64,000 nt of DNA from Trichechus inunguis (Eukaryota). This document shows, piece by piece, positions 26,062 through 38,739 of this stretch. Both the position numbers and the translations under genes were made by a program. Position 1 is the stretch's first letter. Every line of letters begins with the position of its first letter. The stretch covers positions 28,077,733 through 28,141,732 of the forward strand of contig CM102154.1 in the NCBI GenBank assembly GCA_046562895.1. The letters run 5' to 3'. The notes beneath the pieces are model-generated. The model made no database searches. It was not told the origin of the DNA and was given only the letters and a program-made list of their open reading frames with translations.

Positions 26062-26264
26062 CTAAACTCTCTTTACTTTGAAGGCTCTACTAGAGACTTG
26101 CTGATGCTCTAATTCACGACTTGGAGAGGCAAAACTGAAAAAGCTGTTGCTGGGTTCAGGTGCTGTTGGAGAACCCACAAAAAATGGTCTGAATTGAAAA
26201 TCTCCATCTCCTCCACCCCGATTTCGAACTGGTGTATTGTCCAAAGGAAACTTGGAGTTGTTTC
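26062..26264 (-). CDS. CCNB1IP1: CCNB1IP1 (HEI10) last coding exon: (G)NNSKFPLDNTPVRNRGGGDGDFQFRPFFVGSPTAPEPSNSFFSFASPSRELEHQQVSSRAFKVKRV*. Stop TAG at 26062-26064
   Basis: Acceptor ttttttccacag|GAAACA (phase 2). The C-terminus matches human HEI10. The 3'UTR continues below 26062. Confidence 0.85.
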
Positions 26265-26799
26265 CTGTGGAAAAAAAAAATAAGGGAAAAACTTAAGCAT
26301 CTATTTCCTTACTGATCTTTAGGAACAAAAAAACGTAAGTCATTCAATGAACATTATTAACAGAACTCGACTCCTATGAGAGTTACAGGTAAAATAAAGA
26401 CCTAATGTTGTTTAAAGAAAAAGACTATGATCACCCCTATCTTTACCCTCAACTACAGTATATACTGTACCTTCTTCTGTGATGCAGTGTGATCCAGCGA
26501 CAGCCATGGCCTCATCACCAAAAGTAATGACACACAGAGATATGTTTTTAGTAGAGCTAGAATTTACAGTATCATAATTTTACTCATTTGTTAACTATGT
26601 AACCTATTTCAGGGGAAGCATCTTATATATTTATATATACACATACAATATATGCATATATATAATTTAAATATATATAAAAGCTTTTCTTCCAAGTTCG
26701 TTAAAAATAATTTTTAAAAATATTGCAATAAACACTCTAGAAAATATATGACAACTATGAAAAACTGGCATATTCATGGTTCAAGATCAATTCAAAGGC

Positions 26800-28860
26800 T
26801 TAAGAGAAAGCAAACATACTTGGGGAAAAGACAGTCTCTAATAAATGGTACTGGCATAACTGGATATTCATTTGCAAAAAACTGAAACAAGACCCATACC
26901 TCACACCATGCACAAAAACTAACTCCAAATGGATCAAAGACCTACATATAAAATCTAAAATGATAAAGATCAACGGAATAAAAAATTGGGACAAAGCTAG
27001 GAGCCCTAATACATGACCTAAACAGAATATGAACCATAAGTAACAATGCACAAGCACCAGAAGAGAGACTAGATAACTGGAAGCTCCTAAAAATCAAACA
27101 CGTATGCTCATCAAAAGACTTCACCAAAAGAGGAAAAAGACAACTTACAGACTGGGAAAAAAATTTTGGCTACGACAAATCTGATCAGCCTCTTATCTCT
27201 AAACTCTACAAGATACTGCAAAATCTCAACAGCAAAAAGACAAATAACCCAATTAAAAAATGGGCAAAGGATGTAAACAGGCACTTCACCAAAGAAGACA
27301 TTCAGGCAGCTAACAGATACATGAAGAAATGATCTTTAGCCATTAGAGAAATGCAAATCAAAACTACAATAAGATACCATCTCACCCCAACAAGGCTAGC
27401 ATTAATCCAAAAAACACAAAATAATAAATGCTGGAGAGGTTGTGGAGAGACTGGAACACTTATACACTGTTGGTGGGAATGTAAAATGATACAACCACTT
27501 TGGAAATCGATTTGGCGCTTCCTTAAAAAGTTTGAAATAGAAGTACTACATGATCTAGCAATCTCACTCCTTGGAATATATCCTAGAGAAATAAGAGTCG
27601 TCACACGAATAGATATATGTACGCCCATGTTCATTGTAGCACTGTTCGTGATAGCAAAAAGATGCAAACAACCCAGGTGCCCAACAACAGATGAATGGAT
27701 AAAAAAATTATGGTATATTCACACAGTGGAATATCACGCAACGATAAAGAACAACGATGAATCCGTGAAACATCTTATAACATGGACGAATCTGGAGGGC
27801 ATTATGCTGAGTGAATTTAGTCAGTCACAGAAGGGCAAATATTGTATAAGACCACTATTATAAGAACTCAAGAAAAGGTTTAAACACAGAAGAAAACATT
27901 CTTTGATGATTACAAGGGTGGGGAGGGAGGGTGAGAGTTATTCACTAACTAGATAGTAGACAAGAATTATCTTAGGTGAAGGGAAGGACAGAACACAGTA
28001 CAGGGGAAGTCAGCACAACTGGACTAAACCAAAGCTAAGAAGTTTCCTGAATACAATCAAACACTTTGAGAGACAGAGTAGCAGGGGAAGGAGTCTGGGG
28101 ACCATGCTTTCAGGGGACATCTAGGTCAACTGGCATAACAAAGCTTATTAAGAAAATGCTCTGCATCCTACTTTGGTGAATGCCACCTGGGGTCTTACAA
28201 GCTTGCAAGCGGCCATCTAAGATGCATCAATTTGTCCCAACCACTTGGAGTAAAGGCGAATGAAGAACACCAAAGACACAAGGAAAGTAGTAGCCCAAGA
28301 GACAGAAAGGGCCATATAAACCAGAGACTTCATCAGCCTGAGACCAGAAGAACTAGATAGTGCCCAGCTACCACCAATGACCACCCTGAATGGGAACACA
28401 ACAGAGAGTCCCTCATGGAGCAGGAGAAAGGTGGGGTGCAGAACTCAAATTCTAGTAAGAAGACCAGACTTAATGGTCTGACTGAGACTGGAGGAACCCC
28501 GGAAAGCATGGCCCCTGGATTCTCTATCAGCCCAGAACTAAAACAATTCCCGAGGCCAACTCTTCAGACAGGGATTAGACTGGACTGTGGGACATAAAGT
28601 GATACTCATGAGGAGTGTGCCTTTTAGCTCAGGTAGATACAAGAGACCAAAGAGGCAGCTTCTGTCCAGAGGTGACATGGGAAGGCAGAGAAGGTTAGGA
28701 GCTGGTTGAACGGACATGGGGAATCAGAGGTGGAAAGGAGAAGTGTGTTGTCGCAGTATGGGGAGAGCAATCAGGGTTATATAACAATGTGTGTATAAAT
28801 TTTTATATGGGAGACTAACTTGAAATGTAAACTTCATTTAAACTACAATAAAGAAAAAAG
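26800..28860 (+). mobile_element. L1 copy C, 5'-truncated (end of ORF2 plus the full 3'UTR), in CCNB1IP1 intron 2
   Basis: ORF2 tail WGKDSL..NKWxWHNWIFICKK ... [59 protein letters not shown] ... [14 protein letters not shown], then the 3'UTR blocks ending '..gtaaacttcatttaaactacaataaagaaaaaag'. Confidence 0.9.
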
Positions 28861-29572
28861 AAAATGTTCTGCATCCCACTTTGGTGAGTGGCGTCTGGGG
28901 TCTGAAAAGGTAGCGAGAGGCCATCTAAGATGCATCAATTGGTCCCAATCACCTGGAGTAAAGGAGAATGAAGAACACCAAAGACACAAGGAAAGTAGTA
29001 GCCCAAGAGACAGAAAGGGTCACATAAACCAGAGACTGCATCATCTTGAGACCAGAAGAACTAGATGGTGCCCAGCTACCACCAATGACCACCTTGACAG
29101 GGAACACAACACGGAGAAGGAGAAAGGTGGGGTGTAGAACTCAAATTCTAGTAAAAAGACCAGACTTAATTGTCTGACTGAGACTGGAGGAACCCTGGAA
29201 AGCATGGCTCCCGGACTCTCTGTCAATTCAGAACTAAGACAATTCCCAAGGCCAACTCTTCAGACAAAGATTGGACTAGACTGTGGGACATAAAATGATA
29301 CCTGGCTTCTTAGCTCAAGTTGATACATGAGACTAAATGGGTAGATTCTGTCTGGAGGTGAGATGAGAAGACAGAGAGGGTTAGAAGCTGGTTGAATGGA
29401 CATGGGAAATCAGGAATGGAAAGGAGGAGTGTGCTGTCACAGTATAGGGAGAGCAATTAGGGTCCCATAACAATGTATGTATAAATTTTTGTATGAAAAA
29501 CTAACTTAAAATGTAAACTTTCACTTAAACTACAACAATAAACAAATAATAATAAAAAAAGTCTAAAAAAAA
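28861..29572 (+). mobile_element. L1 copy D: a second about-710-bp L1 3'UTR-only fragment sitting directly in the tail of copy C, forming a tandem 3'UTR doublet
   Basis: 28861-29572 realigns block by block to 28160-28860 ('aaaatg[tc]tctgcatcc[ct]actttggtga..ccatctaagatgcatcaatt..ccagctaccaccaatgaccacc..gtaaact..'), ending in its own A-rich tail. Confidence 0.8.
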
Positions 29573-30037
29573 GAGTAGCATAAAGAAGAGAAGTCAAGAA
29601 GAGATAGAACATTCATTGTATCTGCCAAGGCAATTAACAGACAGAAAAGGGCCACTATCATCCTAGATCCCAGAGGGCAGAAATCCTACCTGGATAAGCT
29701 TTATATCTTCATTGACTAAGATTGTCCCCAACAGCCTGTCACATGAAACATGTTTGATAAATATTTGATGAGTGAACAAAGGAATGAAGAGCAAAAGAAC
29801 AAACCAACCTTATAACCGACAATAACTTTACAACTGTGTAGTCAGTATTGCTGTGCAAAAGAAACTGAAACATGACCTTCTAGGAAGACAGCAAATAGTG
29901 TGGGCTCTGTAACCATGACCAAATTACTTAGCCTTTCTGTGTCTCATTTGGTGATCTTTAAAGCAGGGATAATAATAATACTTACCTCATAGAGTTTTGA
30001 AAATTACATAAATACATGTAAAATATTCATAACAATC

Positions 30038-30180
30038 CAAACCCATTGCCGTCAAGTCGATTCCAACTCCTAGCTACCCTATAGGACAGAGCAGAACTGT
30101 TCCATAGGGTTTCCAAGGAGCAGCTGGTGGATTCAAACTGCCGACCTTTTGGTTGGCACAATGTTTGCCACTTAGTAAGC
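30038..30180 (-). mobile_element. AfroSINE copy (diverged head) in the CCNB1IP1 intron
   Basis: 'caaacccattgccgtcaagtcgattccaactcctagctaccctataggacagagcagaactgttccatagggtttccaaggagcagctggtggattcaaactgccgacc'. Confidence 0.8.
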
Positions 30181-30494
30181 AATCAATCAACAAACCTCAA
30201 CTAATAGTGCTATCATCACTGCAACTACATAGTTTTTAATTTAAAGTAGCAATTTACTAACTTTTATCTTACAGAGATTAACTCTTTGCTCAAGTTAAAG
30301 ATTTAACTTAAACGCAAGCAAATAAAACAGATAAAAGCAATGATGTAGAGGATAAGACGTGGATTAAAAAACCCAGAGCCTACCACTATCCTAGCCCCTT
30401 GGAGGCACCACTGACTGCTTGGAAGTCTGCAGAGCACAATATGAAAATCACTGATTTAAAGAATAGATATTAGACATCACATGTCCTTCCTTAC

Positions 30495-30828
30495 CTAATG
30501 GGAAACCAAAAATACCAGACTGTGCAATCATGGATGGTTCTAGGGTGCCTTCTTGGTTAGCAATAGTGATGTTTCGTAGCCTAAGGCTATCGTAGAGGCC
30601 CTGAAGTTTTTGATACTGGCGATTGCGCTCCATAAGTTTCTCAGAGATGTCACTGAACTTTTTCTTGTATTCTTCTAGCACTTTCTTCATAGAGGTGACC
30701 TCCCCTTTCATAGAGGTCAATTCTACATCCTTGCTCTGTATTTGCTGAGTATAGATCTTCTCCATCTGCTTCAGATGACCCTCAGCCTTGCTGAAATTGT
30801 ACTCTTGATAGAGACGTTCCTGATGTAC
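30495..30828 (-). CDS. CCNB1IP1: CCNB1IP1 (HEI10) middle coding exon: VHQERLYQEYNFSKAEGHLKQMEKIYTQQIQSKDVELTSMKGEVTSMKKVLEEYKKKFSDISEKLMERNRQYQKLQGLYDSLRLRNITIANQEGTLEPSMIAQSGIFGFPL(G)
   Basis: Acceptor ggaatag|GTACAT (phase 0); donor CCATTAG|gtaagg (phase 1). Coiled-coil region of HEI10. Exon length gives 111 codons plus 1 nt. Confidence 0.9.
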
Positions 30829-31160
30829 CTATTCCAAGACAGAAAAGATTTTTAAGGTAATGATTATAAAGTTATATACCGTAAAACTTTATATAATCAC
30901 AAAAGAAAAAGATGCTTACATTGGGATGTTACTACCTTAACATTTAGAACCAGGTTAAGAAGCATTGAGGATATACAGTAAGATGATTACCATAGAAAAT
31001 AACTGTATATAAGTAAAAAATAAGTATATAAGAAAAATTTCTGGAGCAATACTAACCACTATCCTTATTCCACCAAAAAAACAAGTGATTTCACTTGTCT
31101 TATTTTAACAAGTGACATGTATTCCAAAGGTTCTTAAGAAATATAATTCCACTTTTCAGA

Positions 31161-34046
31161 GAGTTTGAAAGCATTCCCCTTGAGAACGGGAACACACAAG
31201 GATGCCCTTTATCATCACGCTTATTCAACATTGTGCTGGAGGTCCTAGCCAGAGCAATTAGGCTAGAAAAAGAAATAAAGGGCATTCAAATTGGTAAGGA
31301 AGAAGTGAAAGTATCTCTATTTGCAGATGGTATGATCTTATACACAGAAAACCCCAAAGAATCCACAAGAAAACTACTGCAACTAGTAGAAGATTTCAGC
31401 AAAGTATCAGGATACCAGATAAACACACAAAAATCAGTTGGATTCATCTACACCAACAAAGAGAACTTCCAAGAGGAGATCACCAAATCAATACCATTTA
31501 CAATAGCCCCCAAGTAGATAAAATACTCAGGAATAAATCTAACCAGAGATGTAAAAGATCTGCACAAGGAAAACTACAAGACACTACTGCAAGAAGCCAA
31601 AAGACACCTGCATAAGTGGAAAAACATACCTTGTTTATGGATAGGAAGACTCAACATTGTGAAAATGTCAATTCTATCCAAAGCAATATACAGATACAAT
31701 GCAATTCCGATCCAAATTCCAACAGCATTTTTTAATGATACGGAGAAATGAATCATCAACTTCATATGGAAAGGGAAGAGGCCTTGGATAAGTATAAAGC
31801 ATTAGTCAAGAAGAAGAACAAAATGGGAGACCTCACACTACCTGATTTTAGAACTTATTATACTGCCACGGTAGTCAAAACAGCCTGGTACTGCTACAAC
31901 AAGAGAAACATAGACCAACGGAACAGAATTGAGAATCCAGAGATAAATTCATCCACCTATAAGGAGCTGATATTTAACAAAGGCCCAAAGTCTGTTAAAT
32001 GGGGAAAAGACAGTCTCTTTAACAAATGGTGCTGGCATAACTGGATATCCATCTGCAAAAAAATGAAACAATACCCCTACCTCACACCATGCATAAAAAC
32101 TAACTCAGAATGGAACAAAGACCTAAATATAAAAACTAAAACAATAAAGATCATGGAAGAAAAAATAGGGACAACGCAAAGAGCCCTAATACATGGCATG
32201 AACAGAATACAAAACATTATTAACAATGCACAAATACCAGAAGAGAAACTAGATAAGTGGGAGCTCCTAAAAATCAAACACTTATGCTTATCAAAAGACT
32301 TTAACAAAAGAGTAAAACGACGACCTACAGAATGGGAAAAAATTTTTGGCCACAACATATCCGATCAGTTTCTAATCTCTAAACTCTACAAGATACTGCA
32401 AAATCTCAACGACAAAAAGACAAATAACCCAATTAAAAATGGGCAAAGGATGTGAACAGGCACTTCACCAAAGAAGACATTCAGGCGGCTAACAGATACA
32501 TGAAGAAATGCTCTCGATCATTAGCCATTAGAGAAATGCAAATCAAAACTACAATAAGATACCATCTCCTCCCAACAAGGCTAGCATTAATCCAAAAACA
32601 CAAAATAATAAATACTGGAGAGGATGTGGAGAGACTGGAACACTTACATGTTGTTGGTGGGAATGTAAAATGGTACAACCACTTTGGAAATCAATTTGGT
32701 GCTTCCTTAAAAAGCTAGAAATAGAAGTATCATACGATTCAGCAATCCCACTCTTTGGAATATAACCTAGAGAAATAAGAGCCATCACACGGATAGATAT
32801 ATGCACACCCATGTTCACTGCAGCACTGTTCACGATAGCAAAAAGACGGAAACAAGCTAGGTGCCCATCAACAGACGAACGGATAAATTACGGTATACTC
32901 GCACAATGGAATACTACACAAAGATAAAGAACAATGATGAATCCATGAAACACCTTATAACATGGATGAATCTAGAAGGCATTATGATGAATGAATTTAG
33001 TCAGTCACAAAAGGACAAATATTGTATGAGACGACTATTATAAGAAGTCAAGAAAAGGTTTAAACACAGAAGAAAACATTCTTTGATGGTTACGAGGGTA
33101 GGGAGGGTGGGAGAGGGGTATTCACTAACTAGACAGTAGACAAGAATGATCTTAGGTGAGGGAAGGACAGAACACAGTACAGGGGAAGTCAGCACAACCA
33201 GACTAAACCAAAGCTGAGATGTTTACTGAATACCACCAAACACTTCAAGGGACAGAGTAAGCAGGGGTTGGGGTCTGGGAACCATGGTTTCAGGGGACAT
33301 CTAAGTCAACTGGCATAACAAAGCTTATTAAGAAAATGTTCTGCATCTCACTTTGGTGAGTGGCATCTGGGGTCTGAAAAGGTAGCAAGCGGCCATCTAA
33401 GATGCATCAATTACTCCCAACCACCTGGAGCAAAGGAGAATGAAGAACACCAAAGACACAAGGAAAATATTAGCCCAAGAGACAGAAAGGGCCACGTAAA
33501 CCAGAGACTTCATCAGCCTGAGACCAGAAGAACTAGATGGTACCTGGCTACCACCAATGACTGCCCTGGTGGGGAACACAACAGAGAGTCCCTGAGGGAG
33601 CAGGAGAAAAGTGGTGTGCAGAACTCAAATTCTAGTAAAAAGATCAGAATGAGACTGGACGGACCCTGGAAGGCATGGCCCCCGAACTCTCTGTTAGCCT
33701 AAATCTGGAACCATTCCCGAGGCCAACTCTTCAGACAAAGACTAGACTGGACTATGGGACATAGAATGATGCTCGTGAGGAGTGTGCTTCTTGGCTCAGG
33801 TAGATACATGAGACTAAGTGGGCGGCTCCTGTCTGGAGGCGAGATGGGAGGGCAGAGAGGATCAGGACCTGGTTGAATGGGCACGGGAAATCTGGGGTGG
33901 AAAGGAGGAGTATGCCGTCACAGCATAGGGAGGGAGAGCAACTGGGGTCACATAACAATGCGTGTATAAATTTTTGTATGAGAGACTAGCTTGAATTGTA
34001 CACTTTCACTTAAAGCACAACAATAAAAAAATAAAATAAAAAAACA
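31161..34046 (+). mobile_element. L1 copy E, 5'-truncated (RT domain to the 3' end plus 3'UTR/poly(A)), antisense to CCNB1IP1 in its intron between coding exons 1 and 2. Flanked by a 24-25 bp TSD 'aagaaatataat[tc]cca[ct]ttttca[ga]' (31137-31160 and 34047-34071)
   Basis: ORFs 31233-31517, 31748-32455 and 32452-32718 give L1 ORF2 RT and C-terminal motifs. The 3'UTR ends '..cactttcacttaaagcacaacaataaaaaaataaaataaaaaaacaaag'. Direct repeats sit on both flanks. Confidence 0.9.
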
Positions 34047-34929
34047 AAGAAATATAATCCCATTTTTCAAGTAACCCATCATATGGAGAATAGACTCTAA
34101 GGTAGCCCCCAATTATCCCTGCCTCCTGGTACTTACACCCTGTGTAACCCTCTCCCCTTTAGTGTTGGTGGGACCTGTGACTAGAACACAGCAAAGGTGA
34201 TGGGATGTCACTTTATGGTTGTGTTACATAAGACTGTAAAGATCTGTCTCACAAGAACACTATCCCTTGCTGGCTTTGAAAAAGCAGCAGCCACACTGGG
34301 AAGGCACACATGGCAAGTAACTGAGAGTGGCTTCTGACTAACATAAATAAGAAACTGAGGCCCTCAGTCTGACAGTTCACTGGGAAGTGAATGCTGCCAA
34401 CCACCACATGAGTTTGGAATTGGAACCTTCCCTAGTGGGGCTTCAAATGAGACTCTAGCCCCAACCAACACCTTGACTGCGGTCTTGTGGGACGTTGACC
34501 TAAGCAAAAGACTCAGCTAAGCTATGCCTGAACACCTGACCAACAGAAACTATGAAACAATAAATGTGTGCTGTTTTAAGCTATTAAAGTTCTTGTTTAA
34601 GGCGCTGTTTGTTACACAGCCATAAACCAAGCCAAACCCATTGCCATCAAGTCAACTCCAACCCATAGTGACCCCATGTGTTATAGAGTAGAACTGCTCC
34701 ATAGGGTTTTCTTGGCTGTACTGTTAATGGAAGATTGCCAGGTCTTTCTTGTGCTAGACAGCTACTAAAAACAGAAATAAATTTGGCTTATCTTTGGGTT
34801 TATTGTCCTTTAAATATTCTGACAAGAAATCTGAGCACGCTACTTCTTTTTTTTTTTTTTTTTAACCATTTTTAATTTGCCCATTCTACACAGTTTGATG
34901 CAACTCTACCAAGTCTGGGTTATCCGATC

Positions 34930-35100
34930 CTCCTGGCTGTTAATCTAAAGGTTGGCAGTTCGAACCCATCCATTGGAGACTCAGAAGAAAGGCCTGGTGA
35001 TCTGCTTCCATAAAGATTACAGTAAAAAAAAAAACCCTACGGGGCAGTTATACTCTGTAACACATAGGGTTGCCATGAGTCAGAATCAACTTAATGAGTT
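34930..35100 (+). mobile_element. AfroSINE copy. Further copies lie at 35700-35910 (+), 39309-39492 (+), 41758-41955 (+), 46890-47000 (-), 53810-53965 (-), 54265-54412 (-), 54760-54907 (-), 55547-55720 (+) and 55868-56035 (-). Short fragments lie at 34630-34700, 42295-42400, 53345-53410 and 63240-63340
   Basis: All share the tRNA-like head 'ggagccctggtggtgca.tggttaa..gctgctaacc.aaaggt..g.agttcgaa.cc' and the core '..gatctgcttccgtaaagattacagcc..aaaccctatggggcagttctactctgtcctatagggtcgctatgagtcggaatcgactcgac'. Confidence 0.85.
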
Positions 35101-37165
35101 GTTTTGTTTTGTTTTGGTATGCACTCCCATAGCACTTTGTTCTTTCCTTATGGTTGTAAACATTAAAAATGTATTATACACTCTGGTTTCTCTCCAGAAC
35201 ATATTAATCTTTGGTCTTTTACCAAAGATTTCTGGAGATGCAACGATTGTGAGTAAACAGCACAAAACAACAACAGCCAAGTTTTGGAAGCCTTGCATGG
35301 AGGCAGGGCTTATTTAAAAAAAAAAAATAAAGTATTACAAATGCCTGAGAGTTTTTTTGTTTTTTTTTTAAGCTTCATCTCCAACTGAACTGTAGCCTCC
35401 TTGAGGCTCATATGTCTTATTTATTGTTGTACACCCAATACCTAAGAAAGTTTATGAAATACCAATGTTTGCTGGTACTCAAAAAGTAAATGTTCAGTGA
35501 CTACACGGGGAAAAAAATGAGTAAAGAAAGAAAAGTTCATTTCTAGCTACCTTTGCAACTCATTCACTAATTTCCACCATACCTGAAAAGAAGAAAACAA
35601 CAACACATGTATGTGTTCAATCAATACTATCCCAAATAGGAATCCACTTTAAGATACAGCTTCTACTCATTCAGTCAGTAAAGATTTATTTAAACTTAAG
35701 ACGGAGCCCTGGAGGCTCTATGGTTAAGTGCCTCGCTGCTAACCTAAACGTCAGGACTTCGAACCCATCAGCCATTCTGTGGGAGAAAAGACCTGGAGAT
35801 CTGCTCCTGTAAAGATTACAGCCCAGGAAACCCTGTGGGACAGTTCTATACTCTACCCTATAGGGTTGCTGAAGTGGAATCGATTCGACAGCACACAACA
35901 ACAAAGAACAATAACTATGGTGGTCACTGAGGACGCAGTGATGTACAAGAATCAAAACCTGACCTTAAAGAACTTTCTTAACATGAGATGAACAAGTATG
36001 CAGGTAATTACAATACAGTATAAATAAGTGTAAGATATAGGAACGTATAAGAGGAGCACCTTACCCAGAAAAATAATAAAAATGTTACTTGATGGATGTT
36101 AAACACAACCATCAAAATGCATTATAATAAATATATATGCAAGATATAACAATATACTCAAGGACATGATTAAAGTTCTCCACAGGAAGATCTTTCTAAG
36201 AAGGCACCAAAGGCAGAAATCATAAAGAAGACTGATATATCTGAATACATAAACATTTTAAACTTCTGTATGTCAAAAAATCAATGAAGACTAACAAAAG
36301 TGAAAAATGAAGAAAATCTCTTGCAACATTTGAATTATTTATAGAGAAAATTCCTACAAATTAGTAGGAAAATAAATACAGCAACTGAAATAAGACTGAA
36401 ACAGACAATTCATAAAAGAAGAAATACATGAAAATAAAAGAAAACATGTTCATCTTACAAGTCATCAAAGATGACAAATTTAAAAAACAATGAGATTCTA
36501 TTTTACCTATATCTAACTGGTGTGCAGAAGGTATGAATACATAGAGAACCAAGCACTCTCATACTCTCATATGCTTTTTTGAGGGAATATTAACTGATAT
36601 AGCCTCACTGGAAGACAATTAGAAAATACTGTAATTTAAGAAATCTTTAAAATGTGTTTATCCACTTTTAGGAATTTAATCTTAGCAAATAATTAAGGAT
36701 GCAAATTTGACCATAAGAACATTCATCACAGCATTTTTTTATAACTTGGAAACAAATTATGATATAATGTAACCATGAAAATGATGATTACAGAATAGTT
36801 AAACTAAAAATTTTAATGTAATATTCATAATACATGTATCATACTAACTTTAACTAGCCATAAAAACAATGGGTGGTATTATCGTATTTTTGTACAGAAA
36901 TATATATATTTATACATAGAAAAAGTCAAGTAATACACAAACAAAAATATTAACATGGTTATATCTAAGTGATGGAATTATGGTTGGTTTTTAAAATTTT
37001 CTTCCTTTTGGATTTTCAACAACAAACGTAAATTTTGTACAAAATAAAACAATTTATTAAAAAGAAAGTTTTTCATACATTCATAAAACAGTGAAGGAAA
37101 AACACTGGACACTCCCACATATGCCTCAAGTCATACTCTCCAGAGAAACTAACCTAAGCACTAAC

Positions 37166-37487
37166 CTGATACGTCCAGAAAGCCAGTGCTCGGGAGCTAA
37201 TGTCCAACACAATCTCTGGTCGCAGTCCTGCCAACACCATGGCTTTATATTCCTCTGATGGACTGAGTTCTGTGCGGACAATATCTAGCTTCCCAGAAAG
37301 GGTACTGTTGCAGGCAGGGCAGATAGCTGGTGAACGACTAAACTCACCGCTGCCATGCTGATCACAGAAGATGTGAGAGCAGGCGGTGACCCACGCATAA
37401 CCAGAGAGTTTAAGGCGACACTTCCGATAATTACAAAGCAGCATGTCTTCACACAAAGACATAATGGAAGAATAAGGTCTCTAGATG
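37166..37487 (-). CDS. CCNB1IP1: CCNB1IP1 (HEI10) first coding exon: MSLCEDMLLCNYRKCRLKLSGYAWVTACSHIFCDQHGSGEFSRSPAICPACNSTLSGKLDIVRTELSPSEEYKAMVLAGLRPEIVLDISSRALAFWTYQ. ATG at 37462; 25 nt of 5'UTR up to the acceptor cttttcag at 37488-37495
   Basis: N-terminal RING-type zinc finger (CxxC...C.H..C..H) identical in pattern to human HEI10. Donor TATCAG|gttagt, phase 0. Total CDS is 99 + 111⅓ + 66⅔ = 277 codons, the length I recall for human HEI10. Confidence 0.9.
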
Positions 37488-38739
37488 CTGAAAAGAATCC
37501 TAACAGGGATAAATAAAAAGGTTGAATAGGTCAAACTGCAATGAAAATAAAAAAGCAAGTCCATGAACTCTTTAAAACGAAATATGCATGGTAAAGTTAT
37601 TACATTTTATTATGTATTTGTATTTTATTACACTCAATATTGATTTCAGTCACTCAACAATATTGTGTTCCTTTTTTGTGCAAACCATTGCAAAGGTCAT
37701 GAAAAAATTTTTTTTAAAACAGGTGGTTTCTAATTTAATCTACTACAGTCAAAAATATGTACACAGAAAAAAAAAGTTTAGGAACACTTGTTGATACAAA
37801 CAAGTAAAAACTAAATCAGTGATTTTTGCCCTTCCTCAGTACCTAAACAAAAATCCGTATTTACTATCCACTCATGGTTTGCTAGATTGTTTTAGTACCA
37901 CATCTCACATTTGGCAGATAAAAAAAATCTAGGCGCTGATTGCAGCCATTCTTTAGTGGAAGGTATTTTAAGCTACATTTTTAGGTTTCTTGTGTTGCCT
38001 TGTTGAAAAAGAGTAGCAGCCTGCTAATAGATGAAAACTAACCTAATTCATCCAAATAATTGGCCATTATGAAGCCAGAAAATCTTCATAAAAGCGGGTG
38101 ATCTTTCATCATCACAATTCACCTGTTAATATGAACATATTCAGTGCTATGCTTCTACTTAAAGCATTTGTAAAAATAAAGTATTTGTTAAGTTACTTTT
38201 CAATACAGTGGCTACTCCCATTAGTTATACTAACCCAAACAGGGCAGCAATATTCTGGACCTACCAAAACAAGTCATATACTTCATATACTGCATAAAAT
38301 AATGACACACTAATTGTACACCAAATGTTCTCATTTATCAACCGGCAAACTCTATCAGTTGCCTCAGATACAGGGGTCAACAAGGACAACCTGATATCTT
38401 TATCCCAAGGGTCTTCTCTGGACGAGTCTCCACAGGTATGGGGCACCTGGCCGCCGGAGTTAGGAAGCTTATTTTACCTCCAGAGGGGTAACAGGCATAG
38501 GGGCCGCAGAAGAGCTGGGAACAGTTTTGAAGCTGAGTCCTTCCTCAGGCAGAACAAAATGTGCATCTAATCCCAAAATTTCCACAAAGTGGAGAAAGGA
38601 GTCAATTTCGTGGGCTGTACAGGTTACTCAGGGGCAAGTTTTTGGACCCACAGAAACTGCACTCTGGGATTCTTAGCTTGCCTTACCACGCTCAACAGAA
38701 TAAACAATAATTATAATAATACAAATAAAAATACTTAAC

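Noticed and set aside
37588-38570. Short ORFs 37588-37794, 38098-38313 and 38325-38570 in the CCNB1IP1 5' intron
   Set aside because: AT-rich intronic sequence. No splice-compatible boundaries, no homology and no codon-usage signal.
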